Shown here in pieces: positions 60,609 to 63,896 of a stretch of DNA of 63,896 nucleotides. Both the position numbers and the translations under genes were made by a program. Origin of the DNA: Octopus bimaculoides (taxonomy: Eukaryota); NCBI RefSeq assembly GCF_001194135.2, contig NC_068994.1:44844934-44908829 (forward strand), in the 5' to 3' direction. Every line of letters begins with the position of its first letter. Positions within the stretch are counted from its first letter, which is position 1. The notes beneath the pieces were generated by a model. That model did no database searches, was not told the origin of the DNA, and saw only the letters and a program-made list of their open reading frames with translations.

Positions 60609-61635
60609 CTGAAAAACAAAAAAAGAAGACATTGATTAGATGGCTGATTCAGTCGGTGTTTACATAAATATATCATATATAGTGAGAGTTGAAAGAAAAT
60701 GTAGGTTCAGCAATACTACAAACAGTATGTATATTAACGATGGAATATATGGAAAAGTGTCTTCTATTATAGCTTCAGGTTAACAAAAGCTTTGTGAGCA
60801 GATATGGTAGGTAGAAACTGAAAGAAGCCCATCATAAGTATACAAATATGTGTGTGTGTCTGTGTATACACGGCAACTTGGATAAGTGTCTTCTACAATA
60901 GCACTAGCTAGGTTAACCAATGCTTTGTGAGTAAATTTGGCAGACAGAAACCGAGTGGAAACCCACTGTATACATCATGCCTGTGCCGGTGGCACATAAA
61001 AAGCACCTTCTGAACGTTGGACCTCACAGAGGTAGTGACGAGTGACCAAGACTTCTGGCGAAATACTGTGCTTGAGAAGACCTGTCAAACCAAGTGAGAT
61101 GGTAGTCGTGGCTAATGCCAGCGCTGCGTAACTGGCACCCATGCAAGTGGCACATATAAGGCACCCACTACACTCTTGTAGTGGTTGACGTTAGGAAGGG
61201 CATCCAGTTAATGCAGGTAGTTTATCCCTTCTCCCTCCAACTTTTTGTTCATGCAATTGAAAAAACCGCTTTACTTATGGGATGACCCAATATATATATA
61301 CATGTATACCGTAGACATCATATATTATATTTACGGCCTAGTGGTTAGGATTTTGCATTCACGATCCAGTGATCTATTCCTAGACCTGGTGGTGTGTTGT
61401 GTTCTTGAGCAAAACACTTCATCTCACATAGCTCTATGACCACTTTGATATCTGATGCATGGCACACACTGTACTCGTTCAGACAACATCGATTTGATAG
61501 AGTGAGAGTGAGCTAATGTGTGGCACATACACTTGATCACCAGAAACAAATCATTTGTGCAGGTCGTTCAAAAAGCTGAACGCTCATACGTCGTCTTCGA
61601 CATGAAAATCCATCACATAAAAATATATACGTTCG

Positions 61636-61882
61636 GGATCTTTCTGATTTGACGGGCACCACTTGTTTTCTTAACGAAACACTTTCAAACTTGGGATACT
61701 GGTAGAATGTGTCATATAAAACAACTTTTTCTCTTAGCCTTCTTAACAATTTTTTACATGAAATAACTTCGAATACAAAATTTTTTATCTGATCTATAAC
61801 ACAAAGTTTGAAAGTGTTTCGGTACCAAAAACACTACATAAAACATAAATGAAAAGTGTTGCCCGTCAAATCAGAAAGATCC
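61636..61882. mobile_element. MITE with GG termini and 8-bp TSD (Merlin- or hAT-type)
   Basis: TIRs GGATCTTTCTGATTTGACGGGCA / TGCCCGTCAAATCAGAAAGATCC; TSD tacgttcg on both sides; inner inverted pair gaaacactttcaaactt / aagtttgaaagtgtttc. Confidence 0.9.
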
Positions 61883-63371
61883 TACGTTCGTGAGTGCGCA
61901 CGTATGTTTGTGTGTTTGCGTTTGTCCTCCCTCGTCACTACCACCTGACAATCGGTGTTGGTTTGTTTACATGCCACCCCACCCACCCCCACAGAATAAA
62001 AAATCAGACTTAAAAAATATAAGTACTGGGATCAATTTATTCACCTAAGCCCACCAAGACAGTGTCCCAACATGCCAACAGTGCAAGGACAGAAACAAGG
62101 AAATGATATACATTAGACACTTATGCTGACAATAAACATTAGCGTCACACCAATATAAATACCAGATACACTACCAAGCTGTAACTGTCCCGAAATTATC
62201 TACTCTATGACCTAAAATTCATGTTATACCTCACCTAAAAAAACTCCAACATCCTCAAAGTAAATCAATTATATTTAATTATTTTGATACAAAAACACGA
62301 AAGATAATAATTTAAACAAATAAGTACACTATTAAATCTTTTTACTATTTGGTCCCTATTAATGGTGTGTATTTATATATAAAACATAAGTGAAATGCTA
62401 TGGAAAGTATGACAACCAGCACGCGCGCACACATTCTTCACATTAATCATTCATCATATCTGTGCTAGTAAGGCTGGCATAGTTGGTTAAGCTATAGTAA
62501 TAAGTATGTACCTTGGAGGTGAAAGACACAGGGTTAGTGTGAGAGAGGGTGTACGAGGGAGATGGTGAGAAGGAAGTCAGTAGGTTTGTATTGGGAGGTA
62601 TTTCGGCAAATTTATGTGAGCAGACAACGGGGAGAAGGGAGATGAAGAAGACTATGCAAAATAGGTTTTGTGTATATGTACAAATCTGTGTGTGTGTGTA
62701 TGTGAGACGGGAGGAGAGAGAAAGAGAGAGAGAGAGATGAAAAGAACAGCTTTATCTCAGAATGAAAGATAAAGAGAAAAGATATAAATCAAAAAGAGAA
62801 AGAGAGAAAGGGGGGGAAAATAGGAAAAGAAAAAGGAAAGGATGAATGAGAGGAGGTAAAGCGGGAAAGACTGAAATAGAATAAAAATAAAACTAAAGAA
62901 AAAAAAAGTAGGGTTTAAGAAACAAGAATTTACATGCTCGTGCATGTGTGTGTGTAGATGTGCATGTATGTGTGCATGTGTACGTTATTGCTGAGGGCTT
63001 TAAACAACAACAAAAGGGGGGGGGGGAAATAGAAATAAAAACATTTTTTGGAGATGTAAGCAGGTTTTCTGGTTGTAACCGGTCAAGACCAGATGTAGGC
63101 TGGTGTAATATTGAAAGACCTGAGGCAGAAAAACATGAGAAACGAAAATATATACACACAAAAAACAAGCACTCTAGTATCGATTACACAATCCAGAAAC
63201 GTAGATATCTGTGTCTATGCATATATTATATGTATATATGTAAGACAGAAGGAATATGTATGTACACACACATACACATATATCCAGGTTCCTTATAAAC
63301 ACACATATATATCCATGTTCCTTATGAACTTTACTTTATAGAATGAATATAGAACAGAAAGCAATCTTTAA

Positions 63372-63530
63372 CCCTTCAGCATTCAGACTCCTCTGTCAAA
63401 TGTAATGCTTATTTATTCCCATTGTTTTTAATTAATCACGCATTATCTTGTAGCAATGGTGTTTGTATATTTTTAGCATGACATCGTTAGTGTGTTTAGA
63501 TCAGATACGACCGGATTAAATGTAGAAAGG
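63372..63530. mobile_element. piggyBac-like MITE
   Basis: TTAA|CCCTTCAGCATT...AATGTAGAAAGG|TTAA. Confidence 0.7.
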
Positions 63531-63896
63531 TTAAATTTATTTTGTGAAATTCAAATTACGACAAACGTAAATAAACAAAGTTTGCTTTTTTAGAAGCGTT
63601 GAGATGTCTTTTAGGAAGTGATTTTAAATTCTCAATCGCAGAATAATGCTAATAATATAGCCTGAACAGGATAAACTATCCCTATTTTGCAGAGAAAAGT
63701 GTGGACTCGAACTCACATGGCCGTGATTACATGTGGGGAGAAGAATTTTTTTTTTTTAATTCAAACAAACAATAACATTAATTAATGATTACTCTTTTCA
63801 ATAATATTCCAATTTTGAACTGCGTAATTTTGAATTTTAGATGCGGTTCTAGAAGTCAGATTAGGTTGGGACTATCAGTTTTAATTCAAGAGCTGA

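Noticed and set aside
60609-63896. OGA first coding exon (expected to end ...CGVVE-G|gt)
   Set aside because: No matching peptide or donor found by eye; it probably lies beyond the window.
1-63896. CRISPR arrays, rRNA genes or prokaryotic systems
   Set aside because: The DNA is spliceosomal-intron eukaryotic sequence; no repeat-spacer structure or rRNA-like sequence was seen.

Overview
Eukaryotic, AT-rich, microsatellite- and SINE-dense DNA with many N gaps. The repeat repertoire and the protein suggest a coleoid cephalopod, probably Octopus (inference). The only supportable gene is O-GlcNAcase (OGA/MGEA5) on the minus strand. I assembled 14 coding exons by hand from 60608 down to the stop at 29260. 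All have GT-AG junctions and consistent phases, giving 2849 nt or about 949 aa: a GH84 catalytic domain with intact DD, a Ser/Thr-rich linker, a stalk and a pseudo-HAT domain. The first coding exon was not found and probably lies beyond 63896. The left ~27 kb has no recognisable gene. It holds tRNA-derived SINEs, RTE and I/Jockey-type LINE relics, hAT and Merlin transposase relics, and MITEs. Best leads: (1) minimal hammerhead-ribozyme motifs with palindromic stem III. One (15900-15945) sits in a tRNA-headed, SINE-like element, a candidate ribozyme-carrying Pol III retroelement; another near-intact one is at 9337-9379. (2) A possible isoform-control zone in OGA: a 154-nt intron at the position that gives the human short OGA, a 54-nt symmetric exon, a candidate 42-nt in-frame microexon, about 9 kb without recognisable repeats, and an intragenic CpG-rich patch over an in-frame ATG that would start a pseudo-HAT-only protein. 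Everything was read by eye; no searches or folding programs were run.
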